Below are positions 1-12,910 of a DNA stretch of 64,000 nucleotides, piece by piece. Origin of the DNA: Octopus vulgaris. Taxonomy: Eukaryota. The notes under the pieces were generated by a model. It did not search any database. It was not told the DNA's origin and worked only from the letters and a program-made list of their open reading frames with translations. The DNA is taken from NCBI GenBank assembly GCA_951406725.2, contig OX597820.1, positions 79,360,001 through 79,424,000 on the forward strand. Reading direction: 5' to 3'. Each line of letters starts with the position of its first letter. Within the stretch, counting starts at the first letter, position 1. Made by a program: the position numbers and the translations under genes.

Positions 1-640
1 CAGTGAATATATTGTCATCTAAATTATGCAAAAATGAAAATAAACACTGACATCTCATTTTAACAAATTTACCAAAATTACATAAAAAACATCTTGAAAT
101 ACTAAAGGGTAAATTTATCCAATAAAATCACCATTGGCTTCAACCATGGCCTCCAAACAACTTCAGAATCTTTCTGCAACTCTTCTAGACAGTCTTGTTT
201 AAGTTGGTGAATGCTGCCCTAATCCTCGCCTTCAGTTACTTTTTGGTGTCACAAGGGGTTTTGTTAATCACTCACTCAACTGCACCCAACACATAATAAT
301 CAAGGGGGTTACAGTCTGCGGAGTTAGATGGCCAGATGTTAGGAGTGATATGGTGCAGAAACTGTCTGTCTGACAGCTATGACTGAGTTCTCCTGCTTGT
401 GTGGCATAGTGCAGAGTCCTGTTGCCAGACACAGGGTCTTCCAACAGCCACCCTCTTGACCCAGGGCATTCCTCCAGGCACTTGATGTAGGCCTCCATAT
501 TGAGTCTGAGACCGTGTGGGAAGATGAATGGAGGCATAACGTCACCATCACTAGTGATCACTCCAGACAACATGATGTTGACTGGATGATTGATTTTTAT
601 CACTCTTGGTACGTTTTGGGGACATAGCAAGCCAACAGTT
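1..640 (-). mobile_element. Degenerate Tc1/mariner (maT/DD37D-like) transposase, 3' half
   Basis: Minus-strand translation across frameshifts gives GVITSDGDVMPPFIFPHGLRLN..YIKCLEE..PWVKRVAVGRPCVWQQDSALCHTS..NIWPSNSADCNPLDYYV..LEAMVEANGDFIG* (stop near 116). This contains the QQD and WP.NS.D.NPLD catalytic motifs. Confidence 0.85.
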
Positions 641-869
641 GTTCTGTGTATTCACCATCTGTTCATATTGGAGTTTCCAGCATGAATGGCAAGCAATACA
701 GTATGTCCCCAGGACTTATTCTTTGTAAGCTTAGTACTTATTCTATCAGTCAGAACAATATCTGTAGCCATGTCATAGAACAGGATATCACAGGGTTACT
801 ATTAAGACCAAAGAGAGAGAGAGAGAGTCATCTGAAGTTCAACCCTTTAGCGTTCGGATTACTGTCAAA

Positions 870-1100
870 TGTGGCCCTCTTTCGGTTGCAATGATAAGGG
901 TTCCAGTCGATCCAATCAGCAGAACAGCCTGCTCAAGAAATTAACGTGCAAGTGGATGAGCACTCCACAGTCATGCGTATCCTTAACACAGTTCTCAGGG
1001 AGATTCAACGTGACACAGAGTGTGATAAGGCTGGCCCTTTGAAATACAGGTACAACAGAAACAGGAAGAAAGAGTGAGAGGAAATTGCACAGGAGGGCTC
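870..1100 (-). mobile_element. SINE body fragment (family B; also 3910-4258 +, 30545-30865 -, 62095-62200 +)
   Basis: The block cagcctgctc(a/g)(a/t)gaaattaac(g/a)tgcaagtgg..gagcactccacag is shared among the copies. Confidence 0.7.
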
Positions 1101-1237
1101 GCCACATGCTTGTGTGTGTCTCTGTGTGTGCATACCAGCATTTGTGAGTGCATGCTTGGTCAGTTTTTTTAATGTGTAAGGAATGGTGCAGTGAGAAAAC
1201 AGCAAGGTAGTATGTACCCACACACACACGTATATAT

Positions 1238-1620
1238 ATCATCATCATTATTTAACATCCATTTCTATGCTGGCATGGGGTGGACAGTTTAACTGGGCTG
1301 GCATACTGGAAGGCAGTGCCAGACTCCAGTCTGATTTGGCATGGTCTTCTACGGCTGGATGCCCTTTTTAACATCAACCACTCCGAGAGTGTAATGGTTG
1401 CTTTTACATATCACCGGCATGGGTGTCATTTGTGTGACACTGGGGTGCGCTTACATGCTACTGGTATCTGCCATGACTGTGATTTTGCTCAGCTTGACAG
1501 GCCTTCTTTTCAAGCACGGCATAATACCAAAGGTCTTGGTCATTGCCTTCGTAAGGTCCAACACTTGAAAAGAACTCAGCCACTTTACCTTCCATGAGGC
1601 CCAACATTCAAAACATGTTC
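1238..1620 (-). mobile_element. 5'-truncated RTE LINE 3' end
   Basis: (CAT)n tail, the conserved ctggatgccctt 3'UTR block, and a remnant of the ORF C-terminus (LW.YAVLEK). Confidence 0.7.
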
Positions 1621-3094
1621 TTTATGTACTACCAGCACAGGTGCACTTCACTTGAGGAGTCCTCTCAAGCACATTACCTGAGGTTTGTGTGTGCATTGAA
1701 TCTGTGCATGTTGAATGTGTTGTGTGTATGTGTGAGTGTCTGCATGTGTTTGCATTTGTGGTTGTCTTAAAACCAAGTACATGTTTGATTCTTTTGTATA
1801 GGGGACACATAAAAGCACCCGTTACAAAGGTAAGTATGTTTGTATTCACTGTTGTGTATCTGTGTATGGTATATTTGTGTGTGCATGTGTGTGTGAGCAT
1901 ATATTTGCTTGTATTGTAAGCATAGGTGAACACTAAATAAGTGTGTATGTGTTTATTGTTTGAATGAATACATAAGTTGGTTTCAATGTGTTTATTGTCT
2001 CTTTTGGATTGTTGTACTTGCTAATTTTTTTTTTTTTTTGGATGCATGTGTAGCAGCATTGTGATTGTGTTGTGTGCATGTGTGTGTGTGTGCTGGTGTG
2101 TGACACTGATTTCCTAGCAACTAATGATCTGAAACCATTTCTATTTGTTTTTTTATTATTTTTATTTTTGATTGTGGCCATGCTGGGGCACTGCCTTGAT
2201 GGGTTTAATCAAATAAATAAATCCCAGTACTTATTTTTAAGTGTGGTACCTGTTCTACTGGTCTCTCTTGCCAAACTGCTAAATCTCAAGGACAAACATG
2301 AAGTCACATACACATACAAATATACATACATACAACAGGTTTCCATGGAGTTTCCATCTACCAAATTCACTCACAAGGAATCGATCAACTTAGGGATATA
2401 ATAGAAGAGACTTGCCCAAGGTTTTACATAGTTTAACTAAACCTGAAACCACATTTTCCAACCACACATCCTGTCTGGAAATAATTATTTTAAATTTTCT
2501 GCAACCATTTATTAACAACTTTTTTGTACCACAAAGCCTTCAAAACACACCCCCACAATACACATATATTTATTTGCAAGCCACAGGCCTGCACCATGCC
2601 CAAATTGTCCTTTTTAGCATGGTTTCTATTATTGGATACCCTTCCTAATGCCAACCACTTTACAGAGTGCTTTTACATGGTACCAGGGTTTCTTTCAGTT
2701 TCCCTTCTACCAGATCCACCAGCCCAGGGCTAAAGTGAAAGACAATTGCCCTAAGTGACCCACAATGGAACTGAACCCAAAACCATGTGGTTGGGGAACA
2801 AACTTTTTACCACACAGCCATGCCTAAACCTACATGTTTTTGGTAAATAAACAAAGGTGTGCCATGAAGGTTTAGTTATGAAAAAGCTAGCAATAATAAT
2901 ATGACAGGAGTTATCAAGGAATTTACTTGGAATTATTATTACATCAGCTCTTTTAATCCAATAGAACTGCTAATCTGACATGGGGTCTAGAACCAAGGAT
3001 GCTGGAAGATTGGTGGTGCCCCTGTAGATCATCGTCGTCGTCGTTGTCATCATCATCCAATTACTTTCCAACATGGCTACAGTGTAGGGAAACT

Positions 3095-3420
3095 GTATGT
3101 GTATAGAATGTGTATGTGTGTGTGTGTTTCTGTGTGCATGTTTGCTTGTGTTGTACTTGTGCAAGTTGCATGTGTGTGTGTGTGTGTGTGTGTTTGTGTG
3201 TGTGTATGTGTGTGTTTGTGTGTATGTGTATGCTTGCTTATGTTGTACTCGTGCAAATTGCATGTGTGTGCACATATGTATATGTGTTTTGTGTGTGTGT
3301 GTGTGTGTGTGTGTGTATTTGTATCTGTGTATGCTTGCTTGTGTAGTACTTGTACAAGTTGCATGTGTGTGTGTGTGTTAGTGTGTTTGTGTGTGTGTGT
3401 TTTTGTGTATGTGGTATGTG
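3095..3420. repeat. (TG)n-derived compound minisatellite, about 3 units containing tgcttgcttgtg..gtacttgt.caagttgcatg
   Basis: Seen directly. Confidence 0.8.
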
Positions 3421-3909
3421 AGTAAGGACATTAGCACAGAAGGTTAATGAAAGACAGGTCATGAATTGAAGGGGACAACAGCCAAAAGGGGAAGCATCAA
3501 CTTACAAATACACACTTACACACAGTCATGCACATGTGCATACAAACACATATACATCTACACATACATGCATACATATACACACACATACCTACAAGTA
3601 TGCACACAAACTTACATGCAAACATAATATCTAGCTTTCCTCCCTTACTCCCGCTCTCCTGTATTGAAAACCATGTTCTTTTCTCTTCAGCATTTTAGTC
3701 ATTTCGAAGATGGAATATTTTAATATTCACACAAGAATTTTCATTTCTTCTTCACAATTTTCATTTTGTTTCTCACCTTTTTTTGATAAATGGCTTATGT
3801 ACAAAATGTCAGGTCATTCCCAATCCTATCTCTTTGAGTGTGAATCTCATAACAAACACATTTATTGCATTTTATTTAATCATCCTCAAGTTACACATAT
3901 ATATATGTG

Positions 3910-4258
3910 AAGGCACAATGGCGCAGTGGTTAGGGCAGTGGACTTGCAGTCGTAGGATCACAGTTTTGATTCCCAGACCGGGTGTTGTGAGTGTTTATTG
4001 AGTGAAAACAACCTGAAGCTTGACAAGGCTCTGGCAAGGGGTGGTGGCAAACTCTGCTGCACTCTTACACAACTTTCTCCCACTCTTTCTTCCTGTTTCT
4101 GTTGTCACACTCTGTGTCATGCTGAATCTCCCTGAGAACTACGCTAAGGGTACACATGTCTGTGGAGTGCTCAGCCACTTACATGTTAATTTCACGAGCA
4201 GGCTGTTCCTTTGATTGGATCGACTGGAACCCTCGTCGTAACCGATTGAGTGCCATGA
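3910..4258 (+). mobile_element. tRNA-headed SINE (family B)
   Basis: A-box TGGCGCAGTGG and degenerate B-box GTTTTGATTCC, followed by the family B body. Confidence 0.75.
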
Positions 4259-4326
4259 TATGTATATATATATAATATAAATAATATATAAATAAATGCA
4301 TATATACATACATATATGTACATACC

Positions 4327-4404
<78 letters not shown>

Positions 4405-5265
4405 CATTTATAAGTACACGACATAAAAACGTTGAACACAATGAGAAACAAAAACATAAAAACAAAAACATAGAAATGAACTTTTTTACGAACAATGTAA
4501 CAGAGAAACAAGACATGCAACATAAAGAATATTCCCCTTCATCAGTTCTCCCTGTTTCATCTACTCCGCATTTTGAAAGCAAGGACAATACGCGACTTCA
4601 TTGAAACAGTCCTTCCCACAAAGCAAATTGAATAAAATTTGGGATTTTTTTCAGAGGATGAAAGTGGTAACAAGGACAGGACAGTGAGAACAAGACAATA
4701 AAAACAAACGGTGAGGGGTGTTAAGCCAAGACGATAGAAAAATTATTATGAATGCTAGGAAGATGAGCTTATGAGAGGAGACAGTATAAGCACGTGTTGT
4801 CTTTAGGAAGGATATGGGCAAAAACATAGATTCCTTTTCGTCACGTGTCAGTGATGAGTGGAGCAGGAGGAGTGAGAGAGAGGGAATGGTGAAGAGGAGA
4901 GGAGAAGAATAGGGAAGGGTGGGAGAGAAAACCAGAAAGGATGAAGAACAAGAGAGGGAGAAAGATAGAGAGAGAAGAAATAGTAGAGATAGAAGAGTGC
5001 GCATCGTAATTATTAAGATAAAACTTATTTCGAAAAGGATGTGTGGCGTTATATATATATACAATGGGCTTCTTTCAGTTTCTGTATACCAAATCCATTC
5101 ACAAGGCTTTGGTCAGCCTGTGGCTATAGTAGAAGACACTTGCCCAAGGTGCCACACAGAGGGACTGAACCCAGAACTTTGAGGATGAGGATGGGAAGCA
5201 AGCTTCTTGCCACACAGCTACACACACACACACATATGCATGCATATATGTGTGTGTGTGTATGC

Positions 5266-5324
<59 letters not shown>

Positions 5325-5325
<1 letters not shown>

Positions 5326-5715
5326 TAGCAGTATCACCCGGCGTTGCTCGGGTTTGTAAGGGAAATAACTATATAAGCATTTTTAGAGATGTAAAGTATA
5401 ATAGCCATCTCAATATGGCTAACCACAAGGGGGGGGGGGTTACTGTAGCTTTTTACGTTCTGAGATTTAATAAATTTTTAGAGAGTTACTTCCTTTATAT
5501 ATGCCAAAAGTGCATTAAAAATGGGAAAAATTTATGGTAAATTTTTTTTTAAATCGTAGACTCATCGTAGACATGCGCTAATACCCAGGACTCGATATGA
5601 ATCACGACTATAAGATACCCGGTTTTGGTTAAACTGCACTGCAAAATGTGGGAGTAGTTAGGAATCTAAATCGTAGGAGACAGAAAGCACACAACCTCTC
5701 TTTTATATATAAAGA
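5325..5715 (-). mobile_element. Non-autonomous Helitron (about 390 bp)
   Basis: On the minus strand it begins A|TCTTTATATATAAAAG and ends with a GC-rich hairpin CCCGAGCAACGCCGGG then CTAG|T, inserted in (TA)n. These are canonical Helitron termini. Confidence 0.85.
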
Positions 5716-5917
5716 TATACATACACAGGTGTGTATAAGGTATGATAATCCAAGCTGGGTCGTCATGAAGTACATCTGCACATGTTCACATTAATGAAAT
5801 GTATGTATAAAGATGTTTAATTTTCAATGACATATACACAGTAGCTGATATATTAAATGAGTTCTATTAGCAGAGTACTTACAAAAACAGAAGACTGGAA
5901 GAATTTGAGATATTTTT

Positions 5918-6006
5918 AATTCCATGTTACATTTGTTTCATACGAGATATACATGTAGAAAAAAATATATAAAATCTTCTATCTGTAATTCTTCAGAGAA
6001 AAATTC
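5918..6006 (-). ncRNA. Degenerate type I hammerhead ribozyme motif
   Basis: CTGAAGA (5996-5990), stem II (AT)TACAGATA/TATCTCGTAT, GAAA (5939-5936), stem III ACAAATGT and a GUA triplet. Stem I pairs poorly. Confidence 0.5.
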
Positions 6007-6270
6007 AAAAGTAATACAAATTTACACTGGATGAAGTTGTAATTTATAGAATTGGTTATTAATCAAGAGTTTATTGAGAGAGAAAGAGAGATGGAAATAT
6101 ATATATATGTATGTGTGTGTATGTATGTATATATATGTATATGCATATATATATATATATATATGTATACATGTATACATATATATATGCATATATACAC
6201 ATACATATATATATAAATACATATATACACACGCATACATATGTACGTATGTATATGCATATATATGTAC

Positions 6271-6303
<33 letters not shown>

Positions 6304-6306
6304 TAT

Positions 6307-6846
6307 AGAGGTAGACCCAGGAAAACCTGGGACGAGGTGGTGAAGCACGACCTTCGAACTTTAGGCCTGGTGGTACGTAAAAAGCACTATCCGACTCGTG
6401 GCCGTGGCACGTAAAATACTCCAATGCGACCGTATGACAGGCACCCTTGCCAACCCCTTTGCTTGTGAAGACATGTTGGGGCAAGCGAAATCGAAATCGA
6501 ATTGAACCAGCCAGGATCCCTGGTCTGGTGGTACGTAAAAAGCACTATCCGACTCGTGGCCGATGCCAGCACCGCCTCGACTGGCTTCCGTGCCGGTGGC
6601 ACATAAAATACACCAATCTGACCGTGGCCGTTGCCAGCCCCGCCTGGCACCTGTGCAGGTGGCACGTAAAAAGCACCCACTACACTCACGGAGTGGTTGG
6701 CGTTAGGAAGGGCATCCAGCTGTAGAAACATTACCAGATTAGACTGGAGCCTGGTGCAGCCTTCTGGCTTCCCAGAACCCCGGTCGAACCGTCCAACCCA
6801 TGCTAGCTTGGAGAACGGACGTTAAACGACGATGATGATGATGATG

Positions 6847-6847
<1 letters not shown>
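6307..6847 (+). mobile_element. RTE LINE 3' end (ORF C-terminus, 3'UTR and (GAT)n tail)
   Basis: Encodes [21 protein letters not shown], then ggcacgtaaaaagcac repeats, ggaagggcatccagctgtagaaac, and ggacgttaaac(gat)n. Similar ends lie at about 7271-7510, 13630-13760, 14005-14310, 17030-17482, 21115-21300, 23085-23340, 26685-26900, 35575-35856, 42743-43340, 44870-45098, 45762-46230, 47325-47676, 48620-48795, 50372-50480 and 61498-61618. Confidence 0.85.
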
Positions 6848-6879
<32 letters not shown>

Positions 6880-6934
6880 TATATACACACACATACATAT
6901 GTACATATGTCTATGTATATGCATATGTATGTAC

Positions 6935-6997
<63 letters not shown>

Positions 6998-7229
6998 AAT
7001 ATACATATATATATACATATACATAAATATACATATATATATACATATATATATACATAAATATACAAACATATATATATTATATATACATATATACAAA
7101 TATATACATAAATATACATACATATGCATAACCATACATGTATACATATATACATATGCATACACACACATACATACATACATACATATTTCATTGATAA
7201 ATATATTCTATACACAATCATACAAACTC

Positions 7230-7273
<44 letters not shown>

Positions 7274-7601
7274 TCATCATCATTTAACATCTGTTTTCCG
7301 TGCTAGCACGGTTTGGATAGTTCAACCGGGGTCTTGGAAGCCAGGAGGCTGCACCAGGCTCCAGTCTGATGTGGCAGTGTTTCTACAGCTGGATGCCCTT
7401 CCTAACGCCAACCACTCCATGAGTGTAGTGGGTGCTTTTTACAAGCCACCGGTACAGGTGCCGGAGGAGGCTGGCAGCGGTCACAATCGGTTGGTGCTTT
7501 TTACGTGCCATATACATATATATACACACACACATATACACATACATGCATATAAATATATACATACATATATATATATATATATATACATACATTTATA
7601 T

Positions 7602-7640
<39 letters not shown>

Positions 7641-7721
7641 CATATATATAAATACATATATATAAATACATATATATAAATACATATATATAAATACATA
7701 CATATAAATACATATATATAA

Positions 7722-7796
<75 letters not shown>

Positions 7797-7809
7797 TATA
7801 AATACATAC

Positions 7810-7879
<70 letters not shown>

Positions 7880-7892
7880 TACATATATATAT

Positions 7893-8080
7893 AGGGAGGG
7901 TTTACGAAAAATCAAAAGACGAAGACAGGTGATGTACAAAACAAACAGATGTATTAGTATAATGCTCAGGAATAGAAAAGTCTTTTACATTTCGAGCCTA
8001 TGCTCTTCTACAGAAAGGGACACAGAAAAAACAAGGAGAGAAAAAAATGTGTGTAGTGGCTAACGATCTATCATGGCGAC
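7893..8080 (-). mobile_element. Short (about 190 bp) Penelope-LTR-like element with a hammerhead-variant motif at 7982-8017 (homologs 35058-35225 and 61118-61280)
   Basis: Three homologous copies sit next to (TA)n. Minus strand reads CTTT-CTGTAGA-A-GAGC-ATAG-GCTC-GAAA-TGTA-AAAG. Confidence 0.6.
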
Positions 8081-8094
8081 TATATATATATATA

Positions 8095-8714
8095 AGTTCA
8101 GCAAAATTTAGATTCAAATGAATATGGTACTTAAGTTAGATGCACCAGAATTTTGTATGGTGTTATCCATATAAATCCATGGGGTGATTATAATCAAAAT
8201 AAGCAACAAGAATAACTTCGGTAATTTGGTACGATCGTTTCACACTACATCATTTTATTAAATGTTGTAAGTATTACAACAGTTTAAAAATCTTGAGCAA
8301 TCATTAGCCATTAATAGATGTTTTCCATTAATACATAATTTTCATATCAATTGATAACATTATAGAGAAGGTAGATATATAGACAAAGATGTCGATTTAA
8401 ATTTTAAGAACATTAAGGTAGTAGAGTTTATCAACTGACTGAAGAATATTCAGAATATTCAGTTGTTATGAACTGCTAGAAGGTTTGTGAAGAATGATCA
8501 ATTGAAAGGAGACAAGAAAGATTTTCAATCGACATCTTTGTCTATATATCTACCTTCTCTATAATGCTATCAATTGATATGAAAATTATGTATTAATGGA
8601 AAACCTCTATTAATGGCTGATGATTGCTCAACATTTTAAAACTGTTGTAATACTTACAACATTTACTTAAACGATCGTACCAAATTACCGAAGACATTCT
8701 TGTTGCTTATTTTG

Positions 8715-8720
<6 letters not shown>
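8095..8720 (-). mobile_element. Foldback element in (TA)n: inverted arms 8189-8397 and 8527-8720, each with a hammerhead motif
   Basis: The arms are reverse complements over about 200 bp. Motif TGG-CTRATGA-long stem II-(G/T)AAA-CGATCG-TA-CCA at 8227-8310 (-) and 8614-8682 (+). Confidence 0.75.
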
Positions 8721-8763
<43 letters not shown>

Positions 8764-8793
8764 GAAACTACACATGGAAATGTAAGGGGAAAG

Positions 8794-8855
<62 letters not shown>

Positions 8856-9269
8856 TATGTATAAATTTATGATGTATATTGTTGTATTTTATATTTCAAT
8901 ACCACCTTATCCATGTACACCTCCGAACTATTTTGTATTCTACAAGTGAACTGTGTTGTTCTGTATTAGTTGCCCTTGAGGAAAATAAAGAAATATTGAC
9001 ATGAAAAGTTTTATTCAGGAATGAGCTGGATGTATTTATTATGTAGAAGAAATTTTATGCCATTATTTCTTGTGTAACAAAATTCTCTCCATGTTTACCA
9101 ATGTAGAGAAAGCATTCTTTCTCATCATTGTTTTTCCTTATCTCAGTTACCGTTTTTTTTGTGTGTGTGTGTGTGTTTTTAACCAAAAACTCTCACAACA
9201 CACATATCATATAATTCTTGCTTGCTTTTTTTTTTTTGGTCTGAATTATTATTTTCTATTCATGCTCAT

Positions 9270-9605
9270 TCTCTCTCTCTCTTTCATTGCATTTTTTCAT
9301 CTGTTTTCTTTCTCTCTCTCTCACTTTCATTGCATTTTCTATTCTCTCTCTGTCTTTCATTGCATTTGTTCTTCTCTCTCTCTTTCATTGCATTTTCTTC
9401 TCTCTCTCTTTCATTGCATTTTTCATCTCCCTCCCTCTCTCTCTCTCTTTCATTGCATTTTCTATTCTCTCTCTTTTCATTTTGTCTTCTAACTCTCTCT
9501 CTCTTTCTCCCCTTCATTGCTTTTTTTCATCTCTCCCTCCCTCTGTCTCTCTCTTTCATTGCATTTTCTCTTCTCTCCCTCTCTTTCCTTCATTGCATTT
9601 TTCTT
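9270..9605. repeat. Minisatellite with a unit of about 30 bp: (ct)n-tttcattgcattttt
   Basis: About 10 imperfect tandem copies. Confidence 0.85.
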
Positions 9606-9859
9606 CTCTCTTTCTCTCTCTTTCTTTGCTAATCTTTTTACAAAGCCTGGGACTTGTTCTATCAATCTCTTTTTTCAAAACTAAGTTATGGGGACATAAA
9701 TAAACCAGCACCTGTTTGTCAAGTGGTGATGAGGGACAAACACACACACATAGGTATATACATATACAATAGGCTTCTTTCACTTTCCATTTACTAAACC
9801 CACACACAAAGCTTTCTTTGTTTCCTTCTTTTATTGTCTTTTCCTTTTCAAGGTTTGTG

Positions 9860-9959
9860 TCTATCTTTATCTCTGTCTATCTTTCTTTCTGTTTGTCTCT
9901 TTCTTTCTGTTTGTCTCTCTTTCTTTCTATCTCACTTTTTCTTTCTGTCTGTCTGTTTT

Positions 9960-9996
<37 letters not shown>

Positions 9997-10800
9997 GCCT
10001 GTCTTTTACTCTCTCTGTTTGTTTGCTTGTCTGTCTATGTTTCTCTCTTTCTGTCTGTCTCTCTCCACCTCTTTCTCTCTGTCTGCTTGTCTATCTGCCT
10101 GTCTCTTATTCTCTCTCTCTCTCTTTCTGTCTGTCTCTCTCTACCTCTTTCTCTCTGCCTGTCCCTTACTCTCTCTCTCTGTCTGCTTGTCTGTCTGTCT
10201 CTCTCTACCTCTTTCTCTCTCCCTCCCTCTCTCTCGCTCTGTTTATCGGTTTCTCACTTTCTAGTTCTTCCTCTCTCGCTCTCTGCTTGTCTGTCTCTCT
10301 CCACCTCTTTCTCTCTGTCTATCTGCCTGTCTCTTACTCTCTCTCTCTGTCTGCTTGTCTATCTACCAGTTTTTTACTTTCTTTCTCCCTCTCCCTCTCT
10401 CTGCTTGTCTGTCTCACTCTTTCTGCCTATCCCTCTCTACCTCTTTCTCTCTGTCTGCCTGTCTCTTACTCTCTCACTGTCTGCTTGTCTGTTTCTCTCT
10501 ACCTCTTTCTTTCTGTCTGCTTGTCTATCTGCCTAGTTTTTACTCTCTATTTCTCTCTCTGCATGTCTGTCTGTCTCTCTCTACCTCTTTCTCTCTGTCT
10601 GCTTGTCTATCTGCCTGTCTCTTACTCTCTCTCTGCTTGTCTGCCTCTCTCTCTCTCTCTTTCTGTCAGTCTCTCTCTACCTCTTTCTCTCTCTCGCTCT
10701 CTGCTTGTCTGTCTCTCTCTTTCTGTCTGCCTCTCTCCACCTCTTTCGCTCTGTCTGCTTGTCTATCTACCTGTCTCTCTCTCTCTCTTTCTCTCTCTCC
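9860..10800. repeat. Pyrimidine-rich degenerate minisatellite (ctctttctctctgtctgcttgtctatctgcctgtctcttact..)
   Basis: Seen directly. It explains the 382/169/164-aa L/S/C-rich ORFs. Confidence 0.85.
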
Positions 10801-11491
10801 TATCTTTTCCTTTATTAAATTTTATCTTCCACTTGAAACACTACAATAAAAGTTTCTACTCCATTTCCTTACTTATCTTACATGGAACCAGATCGATTTA
10901 CCATTATTTATTTGTTTATTTGTTCATGCATTCATTTATTTATTTATCCGTTCTTTCATTCATTTTTTTCCCCCCATTTTGATATTTCAAGTCTTCTTTC
11001 TGTCGTTTGGCACTGGTATTCCCACTTCTTTTGAAATGTAAAAAAATCTCAAAAACTGGTTGATTTCCAAAAAAAAAAAAAAAAAAAACTGAAGGAAAAA
11101 CCTAGTCATGTTTAGTGAGACTAAATTCTGTGGATTATACAGATATATTATTATTGATTCCAAAGACAATTGCTATTGTTTGCTGAGGTTATGAGATCAG
11201 TTGTGGGGTGGGGAGATGCAAGAAAAAAAAACACACATGCTAACACACAAAAAGCAATCCAAGAACCACATGAACTTCTTAACTAAATTATTGAGATCTT
11301 TTACAGAAAACTGAATCTCAGTTTCTTTTTTAGCAGATGTGCACTTCCTGAAAATACTCATGCACCAAGAACTAAACGGATAAACTGTCTATTTGTTTAT
11401 TTTTTTTTTAAATTCTTTTAATCATTGTACTGAGACCATGCTGGAGCACCTCTTTGAAAAGTGAGGTTGAACAAATTGGCCCCTGTACTTA

Positions 11492-11891
11492 TGAGGGTGA
11501 TGAAGACAGAAGTGGTAGGCAGCAGAACCAGAGGCAGACCTTGGTTTGTGTGGATGGATGGAGTGGGGAAAGCTTTGGTGGTTAGAGACGTTGAAGTGAG
11601 AGAGGCAGGAGAGTTTGTAAATGATAGGGAAGCTTGGAGAGTGTTTGTGGACGGATGAGTGAATTTGATGTTGCTCAGAGGTACAGAACCAGCATAATGC
11701 AGCAGGGGTAAACCAGGATATGTTGTGCCCCACTGCTGATATCGGGGGTTGTGTTCAATGCCTTGACCTGAGCATAGAATGGGGCTTGCCTCTTTGAGCT
11801 GGGAAATGAATGGAATGCCTGGTGCGTGTCTTGTTGTGGCTACCCTCTCCTAAAAAATTGGGGACTAGGCCTGGGTATATATAAAAAAAAA
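11492..11891 (+). mobile_element. RTE-clade LINE 3' end (a different family, A-rich tail)
   Basis: Encodes EVVGSRTRGRPWFVWMDGVGKAL..DREAWRVFV*, then a 3'UTR and an A-rich end. Confidence 0.7.
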
Positions 11892-12499
11892 TTGTGTCTT
11901 TTTGCCAAACGTTACAGGAGATATAAGAGAAAAACCAACCTCAATTGTTAAAAAATCCCTCCACACATATTCATTTATAAATACATCTTTTATTTGTTGC
12001 AGCCAGTGAACTCTGGCCATGCTGGGGCACCACCTTAAAGGGTTTAGTCAAATAAATTGGCCCCAGTGCTAATCTTCTTACAAAGCCTGGGACTTTATGG
12101 GGACATAAACAAACCAGCACCTGTTTGTCAAGTGGTGAAGAGGGATAAACACACACACATAGGTATATACATATACATTAGGCTTCTTTCAGTTTCCGTT
12201 TACCAAATCCACACACAAGGCTTTAGTTGGCCCAGGGCTATAGTAAAAGGCACCTGTCCAAGGAGCCATACAATGGGACTGAACCCAGCAAGCTTCTCAT
12301 GCACCAAGAACTAAATGGATAAACTGTATATTTGTTTATTTATTTTTTTAATACTTTTAATCATTGCACTGAGACCATGCTGGAGCACCTCTTTGAAGAG
12401 TGAGGTTGAACAAATTGGCCCCTGTATTTATTCCAAACAGCCACAGCTGTTTGGAATAAATGGTGTTTGAATGAATAAAGATTAAAGATGCAGTTGACA

Positions 12500-12910
12500 A
12501 AACGTTAGCTGACACGGAGGACTGGAAGCCATCAGAATATAGAGAAAGCGTTATGTGTATCATGACGATCTGTGCCAGGTATCAAAATATCAACATCATG
12601 ACTGCTGCTTAATACTCTGTGAACACTGTAAAGGTTGTAAAACATGAGATGGACAGCTGCAACGGAGTCTACAAAGCCTTGGCCAGCAGAAAGGGACACA
12701 AGTGTTCCGACAGCAACCAACCCACAAGCTGGAATTCATCCTCACATCTTTGAACAAGGCCTTAGGCTCAGTTCATTGCATAGACAGCTATGCAAAATTG
12801 CTGGATACTGTGGTCAATTTGTACCTGAAGAGGATTATTGCTTGAAGGCCATATGCGTGGAAGAAGGATTAGGTTCCTTGCTATACAAAGTGGTTGTCAG
12901 AGAGTTTCTA
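12500..12910 (+). mobile_element. Degenerate 5' part of a maT/Tc1-like transposase
   Basis: Translation DWKPSE..NINIMTAA*YSVNTVKVVKHEMDSCNGVYKALASRK..EEGLGSLLYKVVVREFL resembles the N-terminal HTH region of DD37D transposases. Confidence 0.45.

Noticed and set aside
4402-5050. Insert in (TA)n with CTGATGA on the minus strand (about 4549-4555) as a hammerhead
   Set aside because: No downstream stem II plus GAAA. It is probably a repeat, but the ribozyme is unsupported.
4139-7939. Many YIYIYI / CVCVCV / HTHTHT ORFs here and throughout the window
   Set aside because: They are translations of (TA)n, (TG)n and (CA)n microsatellites.
9834-10982. 382-aa ORF, the longest in the track
   Set aside because: A pyrimidine-rich repeat lacks stops by composition; no domain is recognisable.
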